DNA from: Macrostomum lignano
Lineage: Eukaryota
Assembly: GCA_002269645.1 (NCBI GenBank)
Contig: NIVC01001128.1
Span: 186,001 to 250,000, forward strand
Length of the DNA stretch: 64,000 nt
Direction of reading: 5' to 3'
Shown here piece by piece: positions 46,101 to 58,381 of the stretch. The notes below the pieces were generated by a model. It did no database searches. It was not told the origin of the DNA and saw nothing but the letters and a program-made list of their open reading frames with translations. The translations under genes and the position numbers were made by a program. How positions within the stretch are numbered: position 1 is the stretch's first letter; each line of letters opens with the position of its first letter.

Positions 46101-49100
46101 GTCATTTTCACTGTTCGGACGCCTTGCAGTAAAATTTCACTATTAGGGCCTGTATAATATATGGGCCGGCTGATGATATATTTCTCAAGAACTCCGAGTC
46201 ACTAGGCGATTCTCTACGTGTGATATTGCATATATGCGTTGTATCATTGGCTGGCTCATTTGTTTATATGGCAAGGTGAGAAGAAATCTTGTAAGTAGGC
46301 AAGCTCACTATGGACTACAAGTCACTAACAAATACAGGATCTTGGTTTGAAATCAGAAATCATACCTTGCAAAAGTTCCCATCAAGTAAGTTTAATATAC
46401 AAGTAGGAAGCACACTACCAACATGCCTAAAAATTTAGAGTCAAGTGCACTAGACATGGCATACTCTAGCTCATGGGCTATAGAGACGTGGATAACATTC
46501 AATCAAATTTGAGTACATTAGCAAAGCCATGCAAGCCAAACCTGTGCTAAACCAACCAACATAAAAACTTTTATATTCATGTTTTGTATTCTTTACTCGT
46601 ACATTGTCCAACTAATTGAAATCGGCTACCAGTGGTTTAACTTACCTTGATCCACTCGATGCAAAATCAATACAAATAATTATGCACTATTGCGAGTAAT
46701 GGAATGAAGAGCACTTGTAGAACGGAGAATAGCTCGGCAGATTTTTTCAGATACGTGCGTAGTAAAGCATTATCATTTAAGGCTGATTTTATTTTCGCCT
46801 CAAGAGGGCTTCAGGACATGTGTGCAGGAGGCTAAGTGTCGTAGGGGGGGGACAAGAAAGTGTACGAGTACATCTTAAAGCTTAAAGTGCGCCAGGGTGC
46901 ACGCAGCCCCCCTCCCCTGACCTCTAGCTAAAACAAATTTACCTATGACACAATACCAGATGCCGCGACCTACTGGCCTGTCCATTGCGCGATCTGGGCA
47001 TCACTGTTAGCCTTCAGGATCGTCTGCAAGCCGCTCTGCGCTGCGTTCAACGCGCCCACATCGGCCTACAATTATATAATCCAGCCTACGTATCTGCTAA
47101 CGAGGCCGACTTTCTACTCGATCTTGGTTGCCTAGCAACGGACGCATATTTTTCCCAGCTATCCGAGGCCGGCTCCGATCCCGGTCCAGCCGGCCTCGAA
47201 TCCGCCGTCGTAGCTCGAATCGGTCGAACTATTCGATTAATGCGATTTACCTGGCGAGCTGCTCGGTTGCTAGGCAACACTGTGCCAGATTATGAGCGCC
47301 TAATTGACAACGGAGACGCCGCGGCGGTCGCTTATTTGGCTAAGCTGCACGGCTTGCCAAGCTCTGATTGGCTGCGCCAGCTGGCTAGTCTTCTGCTTCT
47401 AGTAGATAACAAAAATTTGGGGGTCTCCGGCTCAACTGACACGCCTAAGCTTCTGCCATTGTTAGTGCCGGCACTGCTCACTGTTGATGGACTGTCGGTG
47501 TGGCGGGTCGCTCAGCTGCTGCTGGATGCTGGGCTGGTGAGTCATGGAATGGGATATCGGATTTCTAGCTTTATGATTCATAATATATTGGGATCTTGGA
47601 TTTTTTAAACTATATCTGTAATTGAGATTAAGGTTAATGATTCATAACTGGGATTTGAGAATTCAAGGTTTATGAATAACAGTTTGTGTCTATGATTTCA
47701 AGATTTCTGATTCATAATTGGGACCTGGGGGATTTCAAGATTTATGATTCATATAATTGGGATCTGGGGGGATTTCAGATTTATTATTCATAATTGGGAT
47801 CTGGGGGGGCTTCAAGATTTATGATTCATATAATTGAGATCTGGGGGATTTCAATATTTATGATTCATATAATTAAATTGGGATCTAGGGGATTTCAAGA
47901 TTTATGATTCATATAATTGGGATCTGGGGGGATTTCAGATTTATTATTCATAATTGGGATCTGGGGGGGGGCTTCAAGATTTATGATTCATATAATTGGG
48001 ATCTGGGGGGATTTCAATATTTATGATTCATATAATTGGGATCTGGGTGGGATTTCAGATTTATGATTCATAATTGGGATCTGGGGGGATTTCAAGATTT
48101 ATGATTCATATAATTGGGATCTGGGGGGATTTCAAGATTTATGATTCATATAATTGGGATCTGGGGGGATTTCAAGATTTATGATTCATAATTGGGATCT
48201 GGGGGGACTTCAAGATTTATGATTCATATAATTGGGATCTGGGGGGATTTCAAGATTTATGATTCATAATTGGGATCTGGGGGGACTTCAAGATTTATGA
48301 TTCATATAATTGGGATCTGGGGGGATTTCAAGATTTATGATTCATAATTGGGATCTGGGGGGACTTCAAGATTTATGATTCATATAATTGGGATCTGGGG
48401 GGATTTCAAGATTTATGATTCATAATTGGGATCTGGGGGGACTTCAAGATTTATGATTCATATAATTGGGATCTGGGGGGATTTCAAGATTTATGATTCA
48501 TAATTGGGATCATAAAGTAGCGCGTATACATTATTGCTCTTTTATTGCAATTTACAATACAAACTGAGACCAAAACAATACAATGCAAATACAAACTCCC
48601 AATTCCTTTCGCTTGCAGTCGGAACTGGCCGCCCGACAAAACTTGGACGCTTTGCTCAAAGCGGCCCGAGTCTCACTGCTCGAACTTGACGATGACAGCG
48701 ATATTGACAGTATCTCCGATTCTAATAGCGACATTAGCAGCGGCCTGTCCGCTCTAGGCGAGTTGCTAACCATCGCTTGCCGACTCGGAGGATTCGGTTC
48801 CGCCTTGTCGCTTCATCGCTTGCACACCTGTCTGCGTATTATTCAATCCTGCCGCTGTTGCTGCTGTCTGGCCGAGTCTGGCGCAGTGAACTCAAGCGAT
48901 TCAGCTGCCCAGCTAGGCATGGCACTGGAGGTTCGCTATGAGGATTCCGCAATAATGTCGCTGCCGTCTACTCAGAGATTGATGTTTCTCAAATTGACTG
49001 GCCAGATGATGCGGCTGACTGAACGAGCGTCGGATGCTGCGCCTGCGGTTGCGATCGATCAGGTGAGAGGAGTCGTTATTGCGATTGTTAAAGTACTGTC

Positions 49101-52100
49101 TTCCAGTTGTTCCTACCGATCACGAAATTCTTGCTTCGTTCTTTCTTTCTTTTATTCCTCCTTTTCTACAAATCCCATATTCTCCTTTCCAGGCAATTAG
49201 ACTTGATTCTCGTTTCCTGGAAATCCCTCTCTCGTTTCCTTGAAATCCCACTTGCCCTTCGTTTCCTGGAAATCCCTCTCTCGTTTTCCTTGAAATCCCA
49301 CTTGCCCTTCGTTTCCTGGAAATCCCTCTCTCGTTTCCTTGAAATCCCACTTGCCCTTCGTTTCCTGGAAATCCCTCTCTCGTTTTCCTTGAAATCCCAC
49401 TTGCCCTTCGTTTCCTGGAAATCCCTCTCTCGTTTTCTTGAAATCCCACTTGCCCTTCGTTTCCAGGAAATCCCTCTCTCGTTTCCTTGAAATCCCACTT
49501 TTTTGCCCTTCGTTTCCTGGAAATAATACTTACCCCTCATTTACTTACCGGAAACCCACTTACCCATCGATGCCTGGAAATCTCACTGGACTCTCGTTTC
49601 CTGGAAATCCCAAATGCCCCTCGTTTCCTGGAAATCCCACTTACCTCTCGTTTCCTTAAAATCCCAAACGCCCCTCGTTTCCTGGAAATCCCACTTACCT
49701 CTCGTTTCCTTGAAATCACACTCTTATTTCTCCGAAAATGCAACTTCTTCCTTTTCTATTAATACCATTTATTTTCCTTTCCTGAAAAATCACATGGTTT
49801 TGTAATCCTTTAATCACCTAGACGCCCAGCAACGCGGCCCTAATTAACCTGGCTAGTCAGGCCATCGACACTCTTCGACTAGCTGGCCGCCCCTTAGCCG
49901 CCCTCACCCTGGCAACTCTGCTAAGCGAATTACAAGACAATACGGACTCATTAGGTGCCGCGGACAGTTTGCCGTCAATCTGCCAGGACCGCTGTCATGC
50001 GCTACTAACTGGACTGTTATCTCAGCGTCTGGAAGCGAAACTAATCGACAAACAGCTGTGCCAGTCCACCGCCTGGTCTCTCCCGGAATCCGTTGGCCAG
50101 TCCGTTCTACAACGGGTCGCGCAGAAATCTCGGCACTCATACAATCGATTGGAGTTCATCGCTCGCCTAGCCTATCACTATGGTGCTCAGCGGGGCAATC
50201 CTGAGCACGCTAAACGGGCACTGGCTCTGGCTAAGGGAGCCTATTGGAGTAGGACTCTGTCCGCTTTGGGTATTAAGATTGGCGACTTGACGGTGAGGAA
50301 TCTAACTATCCTTAGATCCCATCAGTTTATCCCATCCCAGATCCCACTAATTTATCCCATCCCAGATCCCATCAATTTATCCCATCCCCAGATCCCATCA
50401 ATTTATTCCATCCCAGATCCCATCAATTTATCCCATCAATTTATCCCATCTCAGATCCCATCAATTTATCCCATCCCAGATCCCATCAATTTATCCCATC
50501 CCAGATCCCATCAATTTATCCCATCCCCAGATCCCATCAATTTATCCCATCCCAGATCCCGCCAATTTATCCCATCCCAGATCCCATCAACTTATATCAT
50601 CCCCAGATCCCAAAAATGTACGCCATCTTAAGTTCTCTTAATCCGTTGTCTCTACAGATTCGAGAATCCTAGCTACAACAACAGCTGGAACCTTTATTAG
50701 ATTGCACTTCACTTATGAAAATATTTCCCAGATCCTACAGTATACACTTTTTGCAAAGCGATATTTACCCTTACTATATCTGTCTGCTAATATCGCAAAT
50801 ATTGATTAGGCACCTGGCAAAGCGGCTGAATGCGCCGAGACTCTGTGCAGTCTACCTGTGTCTAAATCGCTGCAGCCTGATTTACTGCTATACTACTGTC
50901 AGCAGTATCAGCAGCCCGCTACCGCTCACCTGCTGCGCTACCTCGAAAATCTATTGTTTCCGCAGTCTGGCAGTCAGGTGTGTTCTTGGCGCTTTTAATG
51001 CGCTTTTGCTTTTCTAAATGTGGGTTGTCACCTTCCTACACTGTCAGTTACTGGGCCAGTCTCATCCTCAGTTGCTGGGCCAGCCTCATCCTCAGTAGCT
51101 GGGCCAGCCTCCCAGATCCTCAGTTAGTCGCTGGGCGAGTCTCCCAGATCCTTAGTTGCTGGGCCAGCCTCCCAGATACTCAGTCAGTTGCTGGGCCAGC
51201 CCCCCAGTTTCTCAGTTGCTGGGCCAGCCTCCCAGATACTCAGCTGCTGGGCCAGCCTCCCAGATCCTCAGTCAGTTACTGGGCCAGCCTCCCAGATACT
51301 CAGTCAGTTGCTGGGCCAGCCTCCCAGATCCTCAGTTGCTGGGCCAGCCTCCCAGATCCTCAGTCAGTTGCTGGGCCAGCCTCCCAGATCCTCAGTTGCT
51401 GGGCCAGCCTCCCAGATCCTCAGTTGCTGGGCCAGCCTCCCAGATCCTCAGTTGCTGGGCCAGCCTCCCAGATACTCAGTCAGTTGCTGGGCCAGCCCCC
51501 CAGTTTCTCAGTTGCTGGGCCAGCCTCCCAGATACTCAGTTGCTGGGCCAGCCTCCCAGATCCTCAGTCAGTTGCTGGGCCAGCCTCCCAGATACTCAGT
51601 CAGTTGCTGGGCCAGCCTCCCATATCCTCAGTTGCTGGGCCAGCCTCCCAGATTCTCAGTCAGTTGCTGGGCCAGTTCCCTCATCATCCCCATATCTGAC
51701 TGGTGCCGCACACGCAGGTGGAGGTCAGACAAGGTGCCGTGAACCTGGCCGGCGCCACCCTTGCCGTACTGAAGCGGGTGAGCCATCCGGACGAGCTGCT
51801 CAACCGTCTACTCGGCTACTACGCTCAGTTGGATCCGTACGAATACGAGTCTATCGAGCTGATCTGCTGCAGCCTGCTAGCGATGCCGCAGTGCCCCGAG
51901 GCCCAGGCTGCTCATTGTAGCAGAGCTCTGCAGTTGCTCGCTTCGTTGAAGCGCTACAGACGAGTGTCTCAGATTAGCAGCTACGAGAGGAACTGGTGAG
52001 GACTTGTCAATTCTGACTGCGTGACGCTGTGACACCCCCAATTCTGAATGCGTGACGCTTCCGGTTCTGAATGCGTGACGTCTTCAATTCTGGATGCGTG

Positions 52101-55100
52101 ACGCATCCGATTTTGAATGCGTGACGCTGTGGTGTCTTCAATTCTGAATGCATGACGCTTCTGATTCTGAATGCGTGACGCCTCTGATTCTGAATGCGTG
52201 TGACGCCTCCGATTCTGAATGCGTGACGCTGTGACACCTTCTTCTGAATGCGTGACGCTTCTGATTCTGAATGCGTGACGCTGTGACGCCTCCAATTCTG
52301 AATGCGTGACGCTGTGACACCTTCAATTCTGAATGCGTGACGCTTTTGATTCTGAATGTGTGACGCCTCTGATTCTGAATGCGTGACGCTTCTGATTCTG
52401 AATGCGTGTGACGCCTCCGATTCTGAATGCGTGACGCTTCTGCTTTTGAATGCGTGACGCTTCCGGTTCTAAATGCGTGACACCTCCGATTCTGAATGCG
52501 TGACGCCTCGTATTCTGAATGCGTGACGCCTCCGATTCTGATCACGTGACGCCTTCAATTCTTAATGCGTGACGCCTCCGATTCTGAATGCGTGACGCCT
52601 CCGATTCTGATCACGTGATGCCTTCAATTCTTAATGCGTGACGCATCCGATTCTAAATGCGTGACGCTGTGACACCTTCAATTCTGAATGCGTGACGCTT
52701 CTGCTTTTGAATGCGTGACGCCTCCGATTCTGATCACGTGATGCTGTGACGCCTCCAATTCTGAATGCGTGACGCCTCCGAATCTGAATGTGTGACACCT
52801 GTAATTCTGTACTTATAATGAGTGTGTCTGGTGTCCTGGCTCGGATTAACGTGTTGTTACATTAATTTTATTTACTTATTTACGCTCTGTGCCCTTGTTT
52901 ACGCTCTGTTGCATATCCGCATTGAAACCGCAGGTACCAGAAGCGAATGCAGCGGCCAGACCTGGCCGAATGGTACTTCACCTCAGCGTCCGCCATCAAT
53001 TCGAAGTCGTCGCGTCGTTTAAATTTATTCGCCCTACTGGAGCCCAAGCTGTACAAAATTGTGAATCCAGAATTAAGATTCGACACTCTGGACTATTGGC
53101 TGGGCGTGTCCGATCTCATTGGCATATCCGAGACCGAGCTTAAACTTTCCGCCGCTGATAAGATATTCGAGGAAGCGTTCGGTCACTCGCATCTGCAGCA
53201 CCAGCAGCAGCAACAGCACGAGGCTAAAGTTAATAATTGGGCCACCCAACCCGACTTAGCCAGTCAGATGGCTGTGGCCAGGATGGAAAAGGTTGGCTTT
53301 GTTGTTGTGTCACTTGTTTAGGGTGTGTTGTGTCACTCGTTTAGGGTGTGTTGTGTCACTCGTTTAGGGTGTGTTGTGTCACTTGTTTAGGGTGTGTTGT
53401 GTCACTCGTTTAGGGTGTGTTGTGTCACTCGTTTAGGGTGTGTTGTGTCACTCGTTTAGGGTGTGTTGTGTCACTCGCTTAGGGTGTGTTGTGTCACTCG
53501 CTTAGGGTGTGTTGTGTCACTCGCTTAGGGTGTGTTGTGTCACTCGTTTAGGGTGTGTTGTGTCACTCGCTTAGGGTGTGTTGTGTCACTCGTTTAGGGT
53601 GTGTTGTGTCACTCGTTTAGGGTGTGTTGTGTCACTCGCTTAGGGTGTGTTGTGTCACTCGCTTAGGGTGTGTTGTGTCACTCGCTTAGGGTGTGTTGTG
53701 TCACTCTTTTAAGGTGTGTTGTGTCACTCGTTTAGGGTGTGTTGTTTCACTCGTTTAGGGTGTGTTGTTTCACTCGCTTAGGGTGTGTTGTGTCACTCGC
53801 TTAGGGTGTGTTGTGTCACTCGCTTAGGGTGTGTTGTGTCACTCGCTTAGGGTGTGTTGTGTCACTCGTTTAAGGTGTGTCACTGATATGATCAATGCTG
53901 TCACTGATATGATCAATGCTGTCACTGATATGATCAATGCTGTCACTGATATGATCAATGCTGTCACTGATATGATCAATGCTGTCACTGATATGATCAA
54001 TGCTGTCACTGATATGATCAACGGTGTCACTGGTATGATCAATGGTGTCACTGATATGATAATGGTGTCACTGATATGATCAATAGTGTCACTGGTATGA
54101 TCAATAGTGTCACTGGTATGATCAATAGTGTCACTGGTATGATCAGTAGTGTCACTGGTATGATCAATAGTGTCACTGGTATGATCAACAGTGTCACTGG
54201 TATGATCAATAGTGTCACTGGTATGATCAATAGTGTCACTGGTATTATCAATGGTGTCACTGATATGATCAATAGTGTCACTGATATGATCAATGGTGTC
54301 ACTGATATGATCACCTCGCTCCCGTACAGGTGCTAACTAGCGTATACGATTCGGAGCGAGCTTTGCACGTGGCATTCGCCATGCTGAAGCGAACTAGCTT
54401 GGGCTGGTTGAAGCTGCGCATAACCCGAATCTGCCTGGCAGTTTGCCAAGCCTGGTCTGAGACTGAAACTACCGCTGCGCCGCCGCAGCCGCCTGCGACA
54501 CTTCAACAGCAGAAACTAACCGGCGGTGCCGCGCAACAGTCGATTCATCGGGCCGAAGCTTCGTTGAAACGCTATCGCGACATTCTAGAAGCTCTGGAAT
54601 GCGAGCAGGCACTACACGCCAACGGATTAAGCGACTGCTCAGATTTGGCTAAGCTGTGCTCAAGTCCTAGCGAACTGCTCGATCGACTGGTCTCGGCCGG
54701 TGAAGCCGAGGCTGCCAGTCAGGTGGCCGAGATTTTGGGCGCAGATCTGTCAGCTGTGGTTGCTAAGCGCGTGCAAGATTGGCTAGGCATTAAGCCGGCT
54801 GGATCGGGGGCCGATGGCTCGCCTGGTGAGTTGGCTGGGAGGGGCTTCTGATTAATGATGTTTGATTTTTTGTTAGATAGGTATCAGATAGTACTATCGC
54901 AGTATTAGGGTTATCGAATCACTCCTATTAGCTCCCTAAGAATCACTCCTATTAGTATTAGCTCCCTAAGGATCTCCCTAGGGATCACTCCTACTCGCTC
55001 CCTAAGGATCACTCCTACTCGCTCCCTAGGGATCACTCCTATTACTCCCTATAGATCACTCCTATTAGCTCCCTATATATCACTCCTATTAGCTCCCTAT

Positions 55101-56016
55101 ATATCACTCCTATTAGCTCCCTATAGATCACTCCTATTAGCTCCCTATAGATCACCCCTATTAGCTCCCTATAGATCACTCCTATTAGCTCCCTAAGGAT
55201 CACTCCTATTAGCTCCCTAAGGATCACTCCAACTCGCTCCCTATAGATCACTCCTATTACTCCCTAAAGATCACTCCTACTCGCTCTCTAAGGATCACTC
55301 CTACTCGCTCCCTATAGATCACTCCTATTACTCCCTATAGATCACTCCTATTAGCTCCCTATATATCACTCCTATTAGCTCCCTATAGATCACTCCTATT
55401 AGCTCCCTATAGATCACTCCTATTAGCTCCCTATAGATCACTCCTATTAGCTCCCTAAGGATCACTCCTATTAGCTCCCTAAGGATCACTCCTATTAGGA
55501 TCCTATTAGCATTAATTTTAGATCAATTGCATCTTCAGATAAAGTCTCATAGTTCTCATTGAAATCTGCTTGTAGGCAGCGATTCGCAGCAGAGCCAATC
55601 AATGCTGGACCTGAGCGCCGACGCTCTGCTATCAGTCAACGTCTGCGACATGATGTCCCAGATGCAGCAGCAACAGCGCGATGAACTCGACCAACTGCTG
55701 GACGATGAGCAGCGCTTGGCCGACACCGCCGACTTGATTGTTCGCCTCGTGCAGCGCAGCGACGATCGAGCTCGTTCTGCCTGTCTGGCCACCGTCAGGG
55801 ACGCTTGGGACTCGGAGGATTGGCGGCCTAGCGGCGTGTTCCTCGCCTGCGCCAGGGTGCTGCACCGCCTGGAGGCAGACTCTAGACTGGCCGACGCCTG
55901 GCATATGAGGATCTGCGAACTGCAGGTAAGGGGTTTTTAATAATAGGGCTGCTTGCGCCTGTCCGGTCCGTCCTGCTGTGTCTGTCTATGTCTGTCTGTC
56001 TGTCTGTCTGTCTTAG

Positions 56017-56071
<55 letters not shown>

Positions 56072-56678
56072 CCGTCTGTCTGTGTGTCTGCCTGTCTCTC
56101 TCTCACAGCCCTCCTCTCCCCGTTGCCAACTGGCGCAGGTCCGCGCCCACTTCGGCATCGGCATGGGGCAGCCGGCCCGCTGCCCGCTGGGCCAGTGGGA
56201 CTCGGCCATAGACATCGGCATGCTGGCCCGTTCCGCTCGTGGCGAAGGCGAGCGTGGCCTGGAGCTGCTGTGCCGCCTGCTGCTGGCTCGCGTGGCCCTG
56301 ACCGGCCCCGGCTGGGCTGCCGACGCAACCGACGACGCCGCTGCGAACTCTTCGTCGACGCCGACTCTGACATCGTCATCGTCCAGACTGGCTGATCCCA
56401 AGCTCTGGGACTGCCTGCTTCGCTCGGCTTGCAAAACTCGCCAATACCAATTAGCTATTCGCCTATTGGGCTTGGTGTTCGATTCTCCTACTCTGCGGCT
56501 GGGTCTGCGCTCTCTGCCTGCTCTGCTTGAAGCCGCCCTGTCGGCTGTGCTGGAGCAGCCGCAGCTTCTGCGCCAGGCCGTATTCGCCTGCCGAATCAAT
56601 ACGGCCCAATTTCCTGCCGGCTTTCTTAGTAAACGATTGCGCGCCGATTTGAAACTGCACGGCGTGTCTATCGAGTGA
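34167..56678 (+). CDS. KNTC1: Kinetochore-associated protein 1 (Rough deal/Rod, RZZ complex subunit), about 2121 aa
   Basis: 15 exons: 34167-34647, 34920-35669, 37009-37508, 38508-38840, 38965-39344, 42117-42326, 46960-47536, 48619-49062, 49822-50292, 50810-50977, 51718-51995, 52934-53291, 54330-54825, 55576-55925, 56109-56678. Sum 6366 nt with consistent phases. Recognisable Rod segments: LRETSPGQQYQRLLDSLQFDEAELCAKRYGLPMDRLY, WSRTLSALGI...DLLLYYCQQY, and Rod_C-like LDPYEYESIELI...ALQLLASLKRYRR. Length is close to that of vertebrate KNTC1. Confidence 0.85.
34690..34830 (+). repeat. Short array of the 28-bp GTTGCTGGGCCAGCCTCCCAGATCCTCA family (KNTC1 intron 1)
   Basis: 3-4 degenerate units. 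Confidence 0.85.
35785..36941. repeat. 32-bp minisatellite CTTCAGTGGCCTGAGCTGCCACCCCTCTGATC, about 36 copies (KNTC1 intron 2)
   Basis: Near-identical head-to-tail units with no spacers. Confidence 0.97.
37550..38465. repeat. ~21-bp minisatellite GGAGGATCAGGAGTGCTAGAT[A] (KNTC1 intron 3)
   Basis: Directly visible; degenerate at the 5' edge. Confidence 0.95.
39365..41875. repeat. 54/51-bp G-rich minisatellite (KNTC1 intron 5)
   Basis: Unit GGGGTGGTGGCTGGGGTTAGTGGCTCATTGGGGGTGGTCTGTAGGGAGAGAAAT, roughly 45-48 copies. Confidence 0.97.
42684..43056. mobile_element. Possible solo LTR
   Basis: 373 bp bounded by TGTTGTG...CACAACA inverted termini, with an internal TATA-like tract, next to BEL-like coding debris. 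No TSD or clear PBS/PPT was found. Confidence 0.35.
43214..43877 (-). mobile_element. Degenerate BEL/Pao LTR-retrotransposon protease-region fragment
   Basis: LLDTAINKTYIRQDM..L......LRGNTFG and VSLLIGADNF resemble BEL/Pao aspartic-protease-region motifs (LLDSGSQ.SF...TFG; ILIGAD). Frameshifted. Confidence 0.55.
44095..44565 (-). mobile_element. Penelope-like element reverse transcriptase fragment
   Basis: KADKGNAVVIM (44521-44562), FYLLPKTHK, RPIVSRCSS, FIKDSYDF, LATCDVQSLYSI: the diagnostic N-terminal motif series of PLE reverse transcriptases, with stops and frameshifts. Confidence 0.85.
47700..48510. repeat. ~40-42-bp minisatellite ATAATTGGGATCTGGGGGGATTTCAAGATTTATGATTCAT (KNTC1 intron 7)
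   Basis: Directly visible. Confidence 0.95.
49200..49720. repeat. Modular minisatellite built on TCGTTTCC[T]TGAAATCCC (KNTC1 intron 8)
   Basis: Alternating ...CTCTC and ...ACTTGCCCT subunits. Confidence 0.92.
50310..50610. repeat. ~25-bp minisatellite CCCATCCCAGATCCCATCAATTTAT (KNTC1 intron 9)
   Basis: Directly visible. Confidence 0.92.
51040..51680 (+). repeat. 28/32-bp GTTGCTGGGCCAGCCTCCCAGATCCTCA[GTCA] array (KNTC1 intron 10)
   Basis: Same family as the arrays at 34.7, 61.7 and 63.3 kb. Confidence 0.95.
52005..52800. repeat. ~22-bp minisatellite ATTCTGAATGCGTGACGCCTCCG (KNTC1 intron 11)
   Basis: Directly visible, with length variants. Confidence 0.93.
53300..53880. repeat. 23-bp minisatellite GTGTGTTGTGTCACTCG[T/C]TTAGG (KNTC1 intron 12, 5' part)
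   Basis: Directly visible; each unit junction gives TTAGGG. Confidence 0.95.
53878..54312. repeat. 21-bp minisatellite GTCACTG[A/G]TATGATCAAT[GC/AG]T (KNTC1 intron 12, 3' part)
   Basis: Abuts the 23-mer array and shares GTCACT with it. Confidence 0.95.
54915..55505. repeat. 24-bp minisatellite GATCACTCCTATTAGCTCCCTA[TA/AG] (KNTC1 intron 13)
   Basis: Directly visible. Confidence 0.95.
55975..56103. repeat. (TCTG)n microsatellite (KNTC1 intron 14)
   Basis: Directly visible. Confidence 0.95.
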
Positions 56679-57784
56679 CTCGCTGGCATGTACGTCTGCT
56701 AATTATAGTTTGTAGGTTGCTCTGATTAGTCAACTGGCATTTTAGTTTAGAGTGTAAATCGGAACGTTACAAGGGTTCCTAGTCTTAATAAAGTACATAC
56801 TGACTAATTTTAGGGCTTAGTATCTGGTAAAAGTACATTATGAGTATTTCTAGAGATCTTAATACAATAGAAGTACATAATAAATGACTCCACTGATTTA
56901 GATGATAAAAGTACATTCAAAATGTTTCTAGGAATTTGGATCTGGTGAAAGTACAATACTTTCTGAAAGGTCCTAGCGCTTCGGATTTGGTAAAAGTTCA
57001 TTATGAGTGGTTCTAAAAATTTCGATTAAAAAATACAATGCAAATAGATCTAGGGTTTTGGGTCCGTTTAAAGTACTTTCTTAGCCATTCTAGGTATTGA
57101 GATCTTGTAAAAGTACGATATAAAGGTAGCCTGGTTTTGAAGGTCTTCTGACTTATTAAAACTACTTTCTTAATAGTTTCAGGACTCTTATTTCTAAAAG
57201 TACCCCTTTGAGCTCCTCTTGAGAGTCTTATTAATTTAGCTATGGGCGCGCAATTGCGATGAAGGAAGTTCTACTTGAGAAAAATTTACCCTGTATCAAT
57301 ATTGTATTAAGTTTTCCTCAATAGTTTATTAATCTAATCGAAGCATTTCTGCTATTGTAAATGCATTTTTAATTTATTTGGCAATTAATATTCTGTCTCT
57401 GATATACCCAAAGTCACAGCAAATGCATTACATTATTTTTTTGCTAATTTCTGCTCACTCCTAATTTTGTCTGCTTTTGGTGGATATTTTTACACAGTTT
57501 TCTTTCGTGTTACTTTATTGGGTGCTTTATAGTAATAATTTAAATTATTCTTCGTAATTTAATACAATTAATTGTTGCAAATTTTTTTAAATTATTTTTC
57601 TATCCATATTTTGTCGACAAGTATGGGGCAAATATAATTAATTATATTAGTAATTAAGAGCTACATCTCTGTTTTCGAATTTAAAATGCACTTTTTATGT
57701 TACTTTTAGTGTGTATATAGAAATAGCTGATTAATTATGAATAACTTTTGTCAGTCAAGTTAATTAGTCAAGTCAAGTCAACTT

Positions 57785-58270
57785 AAGCCTGCACTCAGCC
57801 ATAGACAATAAAGGCAATCAAAGCCACCGCCACAGAACTGCACTCGGCCATAGACAATAAAGCCAATCAAAGCCACTGCCGCAGAACTGCACTCGGCCAT
57901 AGACAATAAAGCCAATCAAAGCCACTGCCGCAGAACTGCACTCGGCCATAGACAATAAAGCCAATCAAAGCCACTGCCGCAGAACTGCACTCGGCCATAG
58001 ACAATAAAGCCAATCAAAGCCACTGCCACAGAACTGCACTCGACCATAGACAATAAAGCCAATCAAAGCCACCGCCACAGAACTGCACTCGGCCATAGAC
58101 AATAAAGCCAATCAAAGCCACTGCCGCAGAACTGCACTCGGCCATAGACAATAAAGCCAATCAAAGCCACCGCCACAGAACTGCACTCGGCCATAGACAA
58201 TAAAGCCAATCAAAGCCACTGCCACAGAACTGCACTCGGCCATAGAAAATAAAGCCAATTAAAGCCACTG
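57785..58270. repeat. 49-bp tandem repeat CTGCACTCGGCCATAGACAATAAAGCCAATCAAAGCCACTGCCGCAGAA, about 10 copies
   Basis: Period of 49 measured between 57841 and 57890. Confidence 0.95.
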
Positions 58271-58381
58271 CGTAGAATATACTATTTTCCGTACGTATCA
58301 TTCCAGGCTTCATTATCTTTTACTGTTGGCCGCAGTTTTCTATGCCGGCCTGTTGTGCCGTACTCGTCTGTGAGCAATGCT

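Noticed and set aside
56780-57200. Degenerate AAAAGTAC...TCTAG periodicity downstream of KNTC1
   Set aside because: Probably an old decayed tandem repeat; too degenerate to define a unit or function.
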